The notes under the pieces are model-generated. The model did not search any database. It saw only the letters and a program-made list of their open reading frames with translations, and had not been told where the DNA came from. A stretch of 64,000 bases of DNA from Pavona decussata (Eukaryota), in assembly GCA_977016875.1 (NCBI GenBank), contig CDRNST010000204.1:682001-746000 (forward strand), read 5' to 3'. The translations under genes and the position numbers were made by a program. Below are positions 49,101 through 63,400 of this stretch, in pieces (position 1 is the first letter of the stretch; each line of letters starts with the position of its first letter).

Positions 49101-52100
49101 CTGCTGGTGAACATACCATTCGGTACCAGGCCTCTGATAAAACTGGAAACGTTGGTGAATGCAAGTTTAAGGTCTTCGTCTCAGGTAGCTGTCTTGCGTG
49201 AAACATTCGTAGCCTTCTATATATATATATATATAGCGTTTTAAAACGTTTTGTGTTTTAGAAACAGTTATTGAAAAAGTGAGAAAATGGCGAAAACTTT
49301 CTCATATTTCATAACGTCCTTGTCCCCCAGCAGGTCTCTTTAAAGCTAGGAATCGAGTTGTTTACAATTTTTCCAATTTAGAGGGTTGAAAAGCTCATCT
49401 TGTTAGTAGACAAAAGAAACCAATGCGTTGTGGAAGACGTGGGCGAATGCATGAGATGGCGCTCGCGCATTTTTACCGTATCTTTGGAGACATATAATGA
49501 ATGTATCTTACGTTTAAAAAATATCTTGACTCATTTATCCAACTTACTTTGCACTATTGCATTTTTAGTATCTTAGTTAACGTCTTGTTTCTAAGCAAAG
49601 AGCAATGTTGGGAGTATTCACTTCCATATTTAGTGTTTTACAATTTATTGGTTCTTCTTGACAGTGGTCCGGTGCGTGCCCAGATTATACGCCCCCGCCG
49701 GAGGCACCAACATTTGCACCAAGGACAACATATATGGCTCAGAATGTTTCTTTACTTGTCACGTTGGGCATACCATGGAAGGCTCAGCAAAACGAGTTTG
49801 TGAGAAAGATTTTGCCACCTCGATCGGCTTCTGGACGGGAAATGAAACTAAATGTGAATGTAAGTTGGATCTTTATGAGTTAGTCTTTAATTTTTAATGG
49901 GTTACAAGAGATTGAAAAGAAGACTTAATGAGATGTCATAGGTAGTTTCTTTTGCGTTTTAAGGACCCAATGCTTGGGGCAACCTGCACTATTTGCAATG
50001 TTTGACATTATTTATCGACAGCCGAAATAGACCGAACACCAAACAATGCTTCCAGACACAAAAAAGCGATGGAGCTGTAGGTTTTCAAGGTCCATTGAAA
50101 ACATGGCGTAGAACACGAGCAGGTCTATTGCAAGAGTTAAGATATTTAAATTCCTAATTTTATCATTACAGGTTATCGCAGCTTTAACAATCTCGCACGT
50201 TTCTTATTCAAGGTGTTTAATGTTATATAACATCACTACCTAATCTGCAAAGGCAACAAAGTATAATTGGAGGTCTTGCTACAAAGCTAGTTGTGTTTAT
50301 TTCTCTTCTTCTTCTTCTTCTTCGTCTTTTTTGGTCTTCTTCCATGTTATTCGAGCCATGCATCATTCTTTAACTAATGGTATCCTACTTTCTGCTTCGC
50401 AGTGGTCAAGTGTCCTCGTCTGGACCCTCCTCCACACAGTGTACAGTCAGGTTGTGGAGCTGGTGCCATTTATAATGTTTTTGGTGACAAATGCCTTTTG
50501 TACTGCGATATCGGCTACCGACAATTAAACGGATCAAGCGAGAGAATCTGTCAGGCAGATGGCACGTGGTCGGGACAAGCACCATACTGTGAAGGTAGGC
50601 TTTGTAGGTCAATAGCTGAGAAATTGCAATACCAAATGGTTGCTAGTGCCATCTTTGGCGGCCTTCCTTTGCTCTTCATTCACTTGTTCACCAGCCGTCA
50701 CAGTGAAGTTGGTAATGCCTTCATATTTAGAGCCACTGAGCAATGCCTTGCAACCCTTAATGTAATGTGTGAAAATGGATATGTGAACGAACTATAATTA
50801 GGGCAACTTAGCGAATTCGCGTCCTTCTTAGATCACCGTGTCCATGTGCGTAATGAGTTATGTCAAGGAACATTATCGACAAAGACGTGGAGTTGCGGGA
50901 TTGGAAAATAGGCGTTCATTCACTTGGAATGAAAAACAGAATGAGACTGTTACCACGGAGTGAAAACAAAAAAGAAAAACAAAACACCAAAAAAAACAAA
51001 CAAACAAACAAACAAAACAAAAAAACAGGTAGAAGCTGTTATCTCGTCGATTTAAATTTTCTGTCATAAATTCCTTTCTGTTTTATAGTTATTCGTTGCC
51101 AGTCATTGCAAGTTCCAAACAATAGTCAAGTGACGCCAAATTCGTGCAAAGCCTCTCCAGAATACGGTACCACATGCCATTTCTCTTGTCGAAAGGGCTA
51201 CAGATTGCATGGAGAGCCAGTAGCTTCGTGTCTCAGTGACGGACGGTGGTCTACAAACACCACTGTCATTTGTAAAGGTCAGTTTCTGATTTACTTGCTT
51301 AAACTATTTTCTTTTTTGACATGGGGATGAGGGCAACAGCGTTGAGAAAGATTGCTTGTTGGAGAATTAAATTCTGTTGGTAAACCAGACATTCGTAACT
51401 TTGTTTAGTTAATTAGCCTGCCCCTATCAGAAACGTATTCCATTACATTGATCAATGCCTTATAACCAACTGTCTGCTCTCAATGACTCCGAATGTCCCT
51501 TGATTTTCACCTCTGACCAAAAAAAAGAAAAAAAAAAAAAGAATGACTGGCCTCCCACTCTGCTTTGTTTGCTGACGGAAATGTTTTCCATGTATGAGCT
51601 CGTTGTAAGAAAAAAGAAAAACATTGTGACCTGAAAATCGATATTTCTATAGCTATCAGTTCGCATATAATGCTACAAATATAGAAAAAGTTTTCTCATA
51701 CTGTTCTGCATGGGCTTTTCAAACGCGAAGCGCTAAACATCGCGCAGGTTACCCATTAGTCAGAAAGAAAAACATCTGTTCGGGGCTGGTAATTCATTTT
51801 GGTTGTATGTACTAATAAAAATAATTAGCCACGCGATAAATATCGATTATTCACCTCTACGAGTTTGTTGACTAGTTGAGAACTATTTTCTGTAGACGTG
51901 GAAACTCCTTCGTTTGGTGTAACATGCCCCAGTGATATCAGACGCTTCGCCGACAGGGGAAAGAACTACACAACAGTAACTTGGGATCCAGTTATTGCCA
52001 CTGACAACTCTGGTGTTGAGCCCAAGGTGACTGCCAGTGGTGTGAAGAGCACATATGTCCAAGGAAGGCATCTGGTCATGTACCACGCCAGTGATGAGGC

Positions 52101-54404
52101 AGGCAATTATAAAACCTGCAAGTTTTACGTCACAGTTGAAGGTAAGACCCTTTTAGATAAATTATAAGGGGACCATACACCTAAATTTGAATGAAATTTG
52201 ATTTTTGGAACACTAACAAACAGCTGATACCAACGCAAGAGCATCCTAGGTTGCTAGTGGTCTAACTTTGTTTCTGTCTATTGATTATTAACTACAAATT
52301 CCAATTGTAAAACTTCACTAAATCTTCAATATTTCTTATTTCTCTTAATTTTACCAATCTTCAAGTGTGGCCAAGAGAATCATCATTGCGTGTTTTGTTT
52401 TTTTTTTGCTGGGTTTTGTTGTTGTTGATGATGTTCTTGTTGCTGTTATATTTTTTGGTTGGTTGCTTTATCATGTTGAGATCTGTCAGATGCAGTTATG
52501 GAGCCGATTAGCAGCTGCAAAATCTTAAGCTTTATAATGTGTTGGACAGGGAATTAAAATTACTCTCAAATATAAAAAGGGTATTAAATTAAGCGTCGTA
52601 AAGCAATAACCACAATGATCATAACATGAATTACTATATCAAGTCAGATCAAAGGCCACCCACCACCCCCCGCCCTCCTCCACAAACAACGTAGTGAAGC
52701 ACTTAAAATACGAGGTAAGTTCGTGCAAATGATGTCAAACGGTGGAAAATGGGTGCGAGCAAGTTACGATTGGTTTTGGTTCATCTTAGTTAAGTGGGTT
52801 AAGAAAATGGAGAAGTTTGTTTTTTTAATCACAGAGAAGAGTCAAACAAAAGGATAGCAATCGTAAGTTACGTTGGACACTCACTGCGAATGAAAATTGC
52901 TTTAACACAGCTGTATTTTCCATAGTATTGAGATGCCAAACACTTCTTCCTCCTTTAAACGGATTTATCGTTGGAGACTGTGATAACTCGTACGGATCAA
53001 CATGCAGAATGAGTTGTGACGATGGATACAACTTGCTTGGCGCAGAGAATGTCACGTGTGAGGCTACGGCAGGTCATATCACAGGGTACTGGGACGACTC
53101 GGTCCCAGTCTGTAAAGGTAAAAAAAGTAAAACCAAACAATTATATTTTTCTTGATGTAAGGAAAAACGATATGACAACTTTCTATAATTTTCGCTGGCC
53201 AATAAATTAAACGACACACTAGTCTGCTAATCACACTTTCATCAAGTCTGTTATTTTGTGCATAACAAGGAGGTTCTCTCTATTTTTTGTTTCCTCGACT
53301 ATTGCCGAACTAAAGAAACTGTATGTTCAGCAGAATTATAATATAAACGGTCGAATTTATGAAATTAAACTATCATAGTTTTAGAACAGAGTTGTTACCT
53401 TATACTTTAATCTTTTGAATATAAGCCCTGAGATATTTTCGTTCCCAGGAACTACTTGGAAGTTCATTTTCGGGAAGGCTTGTTGTTAGAGGGAATTTTC
53501 CCTTTTAAAATTGTTTTAGTTTGAAAATACAATCAGGCGTCTGAAACACAAAGAATTAATGGCCTAGACCGACACAGATCCAATGGTTGTCCTCGAGTTT
53601 GAGATGATTAATGCTGTTAAAGACAACCTGCAACATCATTAAATCTTTATTCACCCTCGGATTTTAGAGTAGCTTATGCAGCTACCTACCCAACCATGAG
53701 AATATACACGCAAGAAGCAGACTACAGCACCAGGACCTACGTCCCCTACTCTTTGCGAACAGTGAGTAGGTTCTTTAACGTCCCACAGAGTTATTTACGA
53801 ACAAGGGTTGTGAGACGGGGTCTACGGTTTATCGTCCTTATCCGAGAACAAGACTAGAAAGTCTAACCATTTCCTGATGTCATTACAAAGGCAGCACAAA
53901 GGCCGGGGTTTGAACCCACGACCTCCCGCACGGCAGTCCGGTACTCTACCTAACCGGTAACCGGTTAAACATTTCATGCAAACTGAATTAACATACTTTT
54001 ATATTTTAGTGCGGAGGTGTTCATCTTTGCAGCAGCCTCAGTTTGGATTCATCTACCCGTATATGTGCCGGTCATTTCCGGTTAGCGGAACTGTCTGCTA
54101 TTTGGAGTGCAGGCATGGATTTTTGGGTAATGGTGGAATCAATGTGATGAGCTGTGGGAAGGACGGAAAGTGGAGTAGTGATGTGTCTTCCGTTTTAAAA
54201 TGCTTAGGTACGCTTTTTTCCAGTCCCGTTATTGTTTTTTCATACAGGTTGAACTCAAGACGTGTTTAAGAAAATATCAAATGTTGTCTGCCTTTATATC
54301 ATGTTTTCTGTCATATATCACATAGTTAATGATACGATATAATTTAAGACATATAACCTTTTATTTGAAACAAAAGTCAAACAATGGTATCGTATAGTAG
54401 TTTT

Positions 54405-54477
<73 letters not shown>

Positions 54478-57400
54478 CTTACTGGATAGCTATGCTAAAG
54501 AAGAGTTTATTGATATCCTGAGAAGTTCGTGTAAGCACATTTGACAATGCTTTTGAAACTACCTTGAGACAGGCAATATTAAATATATTGTTCATCGACA
54601 AACTTCCATGAAACAAAGAATTCATTTTTCCCCTTTCTCCCAACAACTAAGCCAGTGTTTATTCAAACCAACATCAAATCTAATGTTCATTCTAAAGCAT
54701 TAAAATGAAATATTTTCTTATCCAAAAGTGTTTGAATTGTTTTCCATGACTTTTTGAGCAGGTTTGAAGTTTTGGATAATACTATTTGTATCAGGTTTTT
54801 ATCAATTTCCTTGCAGATGTGGTTCCTCCTGTGTTCATGAGCTGTCCCTTAGATATCCGTACTAGTCTCAGCATACATTCGTCCGCGACGGTAAACTGGA
54901 CAATTCCTGTTGCCTTGGACAACAGCCACATGGCAGTACAAATCACAGTTTCGCCACCAGGCCTTGCTCCACCGTACACTTTTTACAATAACACAGACAT
55001 TGTGTACACTGCGACGGACACCAGTGGAAACCAGAGAAAATGCTCATTCAGAGTGATGTTGGAAGGTGAATAAAAGTGGAAAGTGAACGTAAATCTAAAG
55101 AAAGTCCGTTGTCACACTGTTGTTTGGTTACCCTAAGTGTCCAAATAACAATCAATGAATCTCAGGACCTCATTGCCACTTAACGCGGCCAGAAAACCTC
55201 ACAACTCGGCACCTTAATGTACCAGGTTCCACTCGAGGATTTTTTTCCTAACCACTTATTAAAAGCGAAACAAGATAGGACTGTCGAATAGCAGGTTCAA
55301 ACTGTACACTAATGGGACATTAATGACATAATTTATTAATACGTAGAGCTTTTCAGCACGGGATTACAAACAATGGTTCCATAACTTACATGTCCATCAC
55401 TTTTGGGTCTATCCTTCGTAACATAACAGTATATGAAGAAGTAGCCAAGATGTAATTACTCGTAATGACAAATCCTAGTCTTCGAGCAACTCGAAACAAC
55501 GTGTTTGCTTCTTTTCTTCCAGACAATTCAGGTCCCGAGGTGGTATACTGTCCTCCAAACCAAAACATTACTGTCACCCAAATGAAGACAGTCGTGACAT
55601 GGAACAGTCCACAGTTCAAAGATAATAGCAACGGTCCTTTGGTGATTGCATGCAGTCACAACACTGGAACTGCGTTTTACTGGGGAACGTGGAACGTGCA
55701 CTGTACAGCCTATGACAACAATCCTAATAACAACCCTGCTCACTGCCAGTTTACAATAAGTCTAGAGCGTAAGTAGCATACTGAGCGGTACCTTAGTAAC
55801 CCAAAGGCATGAAGATTGAGAATTTCCTACGTCAACGCATAAGCTTTTAAGCTTCAGTAGTAAACGCAATCTATAAAGCAGAAGTAAATGTTCTCAATGC
55901 TAATTAATTAGGGACTGTGCAATAATTAACTAGAGAGGGAGGGGAGGGGGGTTGGGAAACCAGAGGGGGGCATAGGGACATAGGGGAAAATCACAACTAG
56001 AGAGGGGGGTAGGTGTAAATTTAATACATACGAAGGGGGGGAGGGGGGCATAACTTTTTCTCTCTTTTTCCCAAAATAGAAAAGTGGTAGAAGAGTTTTT
56101 AGAGTTCAAATATTTATACTTGCTTACACTGGGATTAAACTGGGAAAACATCAACTCGAGGTGTTTTGATCTCTGATTATTTAGTATTTTCCTATTTGTC
56201 CTGCAGTTGGAAAGGAATGCCTACGTGACATATTAAAACAGTGCTACTTTATTGGCACCAGATTTTGATAAAGCAGGACCAATTAAGCGTTGTAGAAGTT
56301 GCACTATGATGTTATTCAGTGAAAAAGAAAGATAGCAATGTAGGATAGCCTACATGGTATTAACAATTAAAGAGAATGGAAACCCAATTGCTAAATTGCT
56401 ATGTAACTATAAACAGTATTTAGCAAAGTACACTTATAAGTAAGCCAAAGTAATAAGCTCAATCAGACAAGAACTTCTTAGTCACATTTTCAGATGCTTC
56501 AACATAGCTTCTGGAGTTCAGAAGATCTTTTAAGCAAGCTTTGTCTGTTGCAGATGTAACTTTGGCAATCTGACAACCCAGTTACAAACTGGTCTGGCTT
56601 CCTTCGCGTTGAATTATTCGATCTGTTTCGTGAAAGCGTAATTTTTTTCGCTATGAGCTCTCCAATTTCCACCGTTCAAACTTTTGAGTACTGCTTAGAA
56701 GTTATTATTTCGATTTGCCGCTTATAAAGGGTTTGTTTTTTCTTTCCTGAAACGGCAGATCAGAGTCTTAAATTCATATACGTGGCCGCCATTGAAAAAC
56801 AACCTTTCAAATGATGATTTGCTTTGACGTCCGGATGAGTAAGTCCCCTTCCTCGTAATATACGAGCCGAAAATGATTGGGCTCTTTTTGGTGAAGACAA
56901 TCAGAACAATAGATCCCTTCTAGGAGGAATCAAAATTTAATCCAGGTTTAATGAATAAATCAAATGATGATTTGATATTTGTTGAAGACATTCAGAACAA
57001 TATATCCCTTATAGGAGAGAGCAGAGTTTAATGCATAAACAAGATGCCTATACTGGCATTACGCGAGATGCTGTGGCTGATTCATCTATTCTAACTGTAT
57101 GCTTCGCAGATTTATAAAACCATCATTGCGAATAGTTTGAGTCACGAAGATCGCAATACGTTGTTTCCCTTGTGTTACGCCGATTAGGGTTTCACCGGAA
57201 ATCTCGGAAATTCCATTACAATAACGTAAGCTTCTCAATAACCTTCTTTCAGGCTCCCATCGTGGTCTAAGACTGTCAAACAAAGCACGATTCCTTCGCC
57301 AGGAACTCTCCAATTTCCACCGTTTTAAATGTCGAGTGCTTCTTACAGGTTATTCTTTCGATTTACCGTTTCAAAATGGTGAAATTTCCGTTTGAAAACG

Positions 57401-60400
57401 GCACACTTTAGTAAACAATATGTTAACAATATGGCGCCACAATTTAATCTGGTTTTATGAATAAATCAAATGATGCTTTGATGTCACACAGGTAGTCGTG
57501 AGTGGGTACCCTCCCTCGCGATATAAGCGACAAGAATGGATTTTAATTGACCTGCCTTTGCTGAGGCAATCAGGACAATACATCCCGAGTAGTAGAGGGG
57601 AGGGTTTGATGAACAAATTAATGTACAGATTTGTGGCTACGACGAAGAAAAAAAAAACAAACAAGATGCCTATACTGGCATATACGCGAGATGCTGTGGC
57701 TGATTCATTTATTCCAACTGTATGCCTCGCCGATTGATAAAACTATCATTGCTAATGGAATATTTAGAGTCACGAATATCGCGTTATGTTGTTTCCCTTG
57801 TGTTACGCTACTGAGGGTCTCACCAATAATTTCGCAAATTCCATTACGATAACGTAAGCTTCTCAATGACCTCTTTTCTGTCTCCCATCGTGGTTCGGGA
57901 CTGTCAAACAAAGCACGATTTCTTCGCCAGGAACTCTCCAATTGCCACCGTTTTAGATGTCGAGCGCTTCTTAGAAGTTATTTTTTCGATTTACCGCTTC
58001 AAAATGGTGAAATTTTTGTTTGAAAACGGCACACTTGAGTCCACAGCATGTTAACAATATGGCTCCACAAATTTAATCCGTTTTTAATAAATAAATCAAA
58101 TGATGCGTTGACGTCACACAGGTAGGGGTGAGTGGGTCCCCTCCCTCACGATATAAGCGACAAGAATGGATTTTGATTGGCCTGCTTTTGTTGAAGACAA
58201 TCAGAACAATCAGAACAATACATCCCGAGTAGGAGAAGGGAGGGTTTAATGAATAAATTAATGTACAGATTTGTGGCTACGACGAAGAAAAAAAAAGGAA
58301 AGAAATCGACCCGTTTTTAGACACGGTATGCCCCCTCCGGGCATCCCGCGTAAAAAAGAAATCGACCCGTTTCTAGACACGGTATGCCCCTTCAGGGCAT
58401 CCCGCGTGATTAATGTGCAGATTTGAAGCTACAACGAGGAAAAGAAGAAAAACAATAACTGACCAAAACCTTGACACGGTCTACACTGCGGGCATCCCGT
58501 GTAATTATTAGGGGAGGGGGGTTGACCTTTTTATTATCAGTAGGTGAGGGGGGTTAAAGTTAAGTTTTACTTAGTGAGAGGGCGGGGGGGGGGGGGGTGC
58601 GACTTGAGTTCGAGCCGTATTTTGCCCATTTTCCAAACATACCCCCCCCTTCCCCTTCCCCTGGTAAGGTAATTCTTGCACAGTCCCCTATATTTAGGCC
58701 AAAAAGTGTAACGCTAGCGTATAGCGGGGAGTTAAACTCGTTTGAACTAAAGAATTCAAAAATCATCGATATCAATCAAGCATCAGGTTTTCTCTTTGCA
58801 TTTTACATATATTATAATACCTACTAACTCACAATGTTTCATCCTTCTATAGCAAAAAAATGCACAGACCTTTCTGCACCACGAAACGGAGCTAGAGCTT
58901 GTGATGACTGGGCCTTAGGTCGACAGTGCACTCCCTTCTGTAATGATCAGTGGGATTTTACACACAAAATACCACCATTTACAGTCTGGACCTGTGGAGC
59001 ATCGGGAAGATGGCTTCCACCAACGCGGTGGCCCGACTGTTCAAGTTAGTAGTTTACTGATTCAATTATATAGTTAACTAATAAATACAGTCGAACCTCC
59101 CTTTGCGACCACCTCTCGTAAGCGACCACCTCTCATTAGCGACCACTTTCCCAAAATACCAATCACTATAGATGGAACCTCTTGTACGCGACTATCTTTA
59201 GCGACTCGTAAGCGACCACTTTTAGAGATGATTGCTTAAAATTTTGAATTGTTTTCCACCTCCCGTAGGCGACCATTTGACACACAATCGGCGGTATCTC
59301 TCAAATTGAAATTGAAAAATGTGTCGCTGTAACATATTGGCCACATCATTACAGCAGACGCCGTAAATCTCACAGTCGGAGCTACCGGAAGTGTTTCCCG
59401 ATATAGCATTGAAACAATTGATAAAATACACCTGCACTATACTTCACACTGAAATAAACTTTAATCAGATTGCATCCATCGTAGGAAAAAAAACTTCTTA
59501 TCTTTTATCTTATCTTTTTGCTTATGTTCCTTTCCCTGAAAAATTTGACATCGCTACCTAGAGTAATAAAAGAGTCAAGTATCTTTCATAATAATTGTCT
59601 CAATCGCTGTAATTTGTGAGATACAAACAATAATCACCATAGATCCTAAGATTTTTTTGCCTAGAATAATTTTGGACCAGTCTTAATATACTGGTAGCTA
59701 AGAAAAGTTATTACTATGGCTAAAAGGGTTAGGTCTCCGCAATTACCATATCTGATATTACCCGATATTTAGACCCTCTCTGGTGTGACCTCTGGTAAGC
59801 GACCACCTCCCGTAACCGACCACATATCTTTGACATTATGGGTGATCTCTTACGGGAGGTTCGACTGTATTTTTAGTTATAAGACTTTATTTCCAAAACT
59901 TTGTAGAATCATATGTACCAGGCCAATCAAGAATGGCAATGGATTTGCATTACTATCATGGAGACTGCACTACGCCAGAGGCACAAGCACAGATAAAACA
60001 AAACTTTATTCTGATCCTCAACGGCTCAGCGTTGAACGATATATGCAATGACCCTGACTTAAAGGAGAAATGTAACCCTGAGAATGTCCAGGTCACGTGC
60101 TCTATGGTTGATTCTACTGCAGTCAGGAAAAAGCGTTCAACAGGTGTGTAGAATAGAAATATTATAATGTATAGAAATAGTAACTTTCTAGCTTAGAAGA
60201 ATGAAACCTTGTTTACACTTACAAAGCAAGCATAGTAGAGTACGTTTAGCACTTTAACACGAGTTGTGTGAAAGGTCAAACCAAGAAAGCAATCAAGCGC
60301 ATTATTATTTTTGCCGAGAATAGGCACAAGTGCAAGAGAAAAGTAGTTTTATAATTTTGCTTTCTTCTGCTTTCTTAAACTTATAAGATTGCTTCGATCG

Positions 60401-63400
60401 GTTTCAAAGAATACGAGTTGCATTGACGCTTAATATATGGTTATGCTTGAACTGGAAACTAGCGAGATAAGAATAGAATTATAAATGTAATTGCTCTCAC
60501 TTGTCACTGAGATTTGATGTTCCTCGCCGGTAATTGATTGTTGCACTGGTCATAAAAGATTCAATTCTGCTACGGGTGTCAACAAATGAGTACACTCGCT
60601 AGTCTCCTGGAACTTTTGCAACTTCCATCACCATGTTTTTCTTCTTCTTTTTTTTTTTATTTATTTTTTTTATTTTGTAGATGATGACGGGGCTCATGGA
60701 AGAACGCGACGATCGCTAGTTCCACGAACAACAATCCGTGTCGTCATAGTTGGTAAGTTTGATTTGCATTGTTTATTGCCGGTTGTTATTCGAATTGTTA
60801 AAAGCAAATGTAGCCTTCCACACTGGCGGACCCGATTGTTCGAAAGCCTATAACGCTAATCCAAGATAAAAAGTTAACCGAGGTTTTCATCTCGCTGGTT
60901 AAAAAAATGTTTTAAAAAACTGACGTTAAACTAATAGTACAGAAAAGTCTAATGTAAAACCGAGGAACAAAAATATTTTGGACAAATTCTTTTCGGATTA
61001 GATTAAACTCGAAACACAGTTCACGTTAACACAAGAATAGCTTAATCGGGCCAGCCTTTGAACTACTCGGTGTCGGTCTTCAACCGCCCTGCTGTCCGTA
61101 ATGTGTTCCAGTTGTAATACTAATCTCCAAGATTTTAGTAGTGAACTTGGGTGGAGAAAACCAAGCACTTGACGACAAATGCAAAAAGATTTAATGCTAT
61201 TCAAATCTATATAATTTGGTCTTATTATGCACGTGAGAATCTAAGTGCTCAATTTATCAACCGTTGTAACAGCTTACCCTCTGTCATAAAGGTGTCAGTT
61301 ATCTTGGTGTTAAATGCTGCTCAAAATTAATCGCTTTGCCTCACGATTGTGTCACATGGGTATGTATCAATACTTTGCGACCTCTACAACATCAATCAGG
61401 AGCAATGGGATTAAAATTGTGGGAGCATGGATGCTCCACGATAAAACAACAGCTGATTGGTTCCACAGTGGCTGAGGGAAAAACATATAGCCTGAACAAG
61501 ACGAGGATACAATTCAGCCAATCGGTAATAACCAAAGCGAGGACCGCCGAAATAAACCATCAATTACGGTTATACTTTATTAATACACACAGAGTCAACG
61601 CCATCACCTGATGAAGACCTGGCCCCAGCTGTTCAAAGAGGGGATAACTTTATCCACTGGATAAGTCACTATCCAGCGGAGCAAATGTGCTCCAATTAAC
61701 GCTTTTGGCAAGTTTTCCACACAATCCCAAACTTAAATTTGGCATCTGCGTCTACTCTGGACACAAATAATAGGTCTACCGCGAAAATCTTGCTCATATT
61801 TCATCTGCCGGAGAGCGACCTATCCAGTGGATAAAATTATCCCCTCTTTGAATAACTGGGGCCAGCAGTAAAGCGGTGAAAACTTTGCGACACAGTGAAT
61901 CATGAGACAAAGAATTAGTTTTGGGCTTTCAGCGTAACCACTGGAATGCGGCAAGCAGAATCCCTGCATGATTTTTTTCGAATCCAGTCCAAAAGTCAAA
62001 TTAAGAACTTGACGCACTCCAAGTTTGACCTTCTTTCGCCACCAGCAGCTTAAATAGGCGATTAGACTAACCACAGTAGCAAGAAAATTTTTCTACCCTA
62101 GACTAACTCAGTATTCTAAGACGCTGGACAAGGCAGACATTTTCTGACTTCTCGTCATATATTTTTCCCTCAGTTCTCATCACGGTGAATATCACTGAGG
62201 TAAATGTTACAAAACAAAGGAAGATTTCTGCAGGCTTGGCGGGCGTTGAGGAGGCCAAAAATATTAGTCGTAGGATTACGGAGGCCGTGCAGAATGGCAG
62301 TTTTAGTTTCACTATCAATGGCACTGACTTTGTTCCTGATGTGAAGTCCCTAAACTTCTCAGAGCCTGAACTATCATGTGACAAAGGACAAGCGCTTTCA
62401 GATGGAGTTTGCGGTAATTTGGATATATTCTATGCGCACGCGTAAGATATAAGATGTCATAACTATTCTATATCTAGAAAGTCTCAGTGTATTTAAGATT
62501 ATGTTAGCAGTCAAAACATATTCTGAAATCTTGCTGATTTCATTTTGCAACAACGTACCAGACGGGGATTTAATGGCCTCCTTTTCTGGTGGCATGGCAT
62601 AATGGCTCATATATCCCATATCCCATGGCCGCCTAGCCAATCAAAAAGCTGGAATTTTATTATCCAGTGATCCACTCTTTGAAAAAAACAATAGATTAAC
62701 TACGATAAAGTTCAAATTTCAACTTGTCGCGAGCGTACGAAAGGAAAAAAAGCATGATTCCCGGCCGAGAACGAGCCCATGACAATAGCTAATCGGCCGG
62801 ATACTCTACGAGTGAACTGGGCACTTCTGTCGGGCTTGGTTCCGATGAATCCTGTTTTTCACTATTCCACTGAAGCTGGCTTTATTGGCGTTCGCTAATC
62901 TGAAGGTATTAAAAGCCACTAAACTCAAGAAATTGCTAACTCGTTTACTTAACACGAGAACATGGGGAGTTAGCAACCTCGTTGCCAGAGTCCTCAAGAA
63001 ATTGAAAATTGTGAGTGGTGATGACCCTGGTATATTGCCACGAATAGATCCTTCTCCAAAATGGTGGCAACAGATTTGAATGAGTTAAAATTGAACTGAA
63101 TGAAAAACTGATACCAGCACTGGAAAGAGCACCTTTACTTTTTTAGTAGCCTTGCAACGTTTCAGCATATTAGGTGTTATATCAGCTTAGGAAATGTAAG
63201 ATGAAATTTGACAAATTTAGAGTGACGTTTGTATGACTGGGGGTATATGTCATATCCCCAGTCATACAAATGTCTGTAAATTTTTCATTTTTCAACTTAC
63301 ATTTTCTCAGCTGATATTACACCCGATATGCTGAAACTTTGCAGGGTTGCTAATGTAAAAATGCTCTTTCTAGAACTGGTATACGTTTTTAATTTTAACT

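Noticed and set aside
58295-58504. CRISPR-like repeat-spacer array
   Set aside because: Eukaryotic context, only three degenerate iterations, non-unique spacers and no cas genes; better explained as reiterated Helentron-like termini
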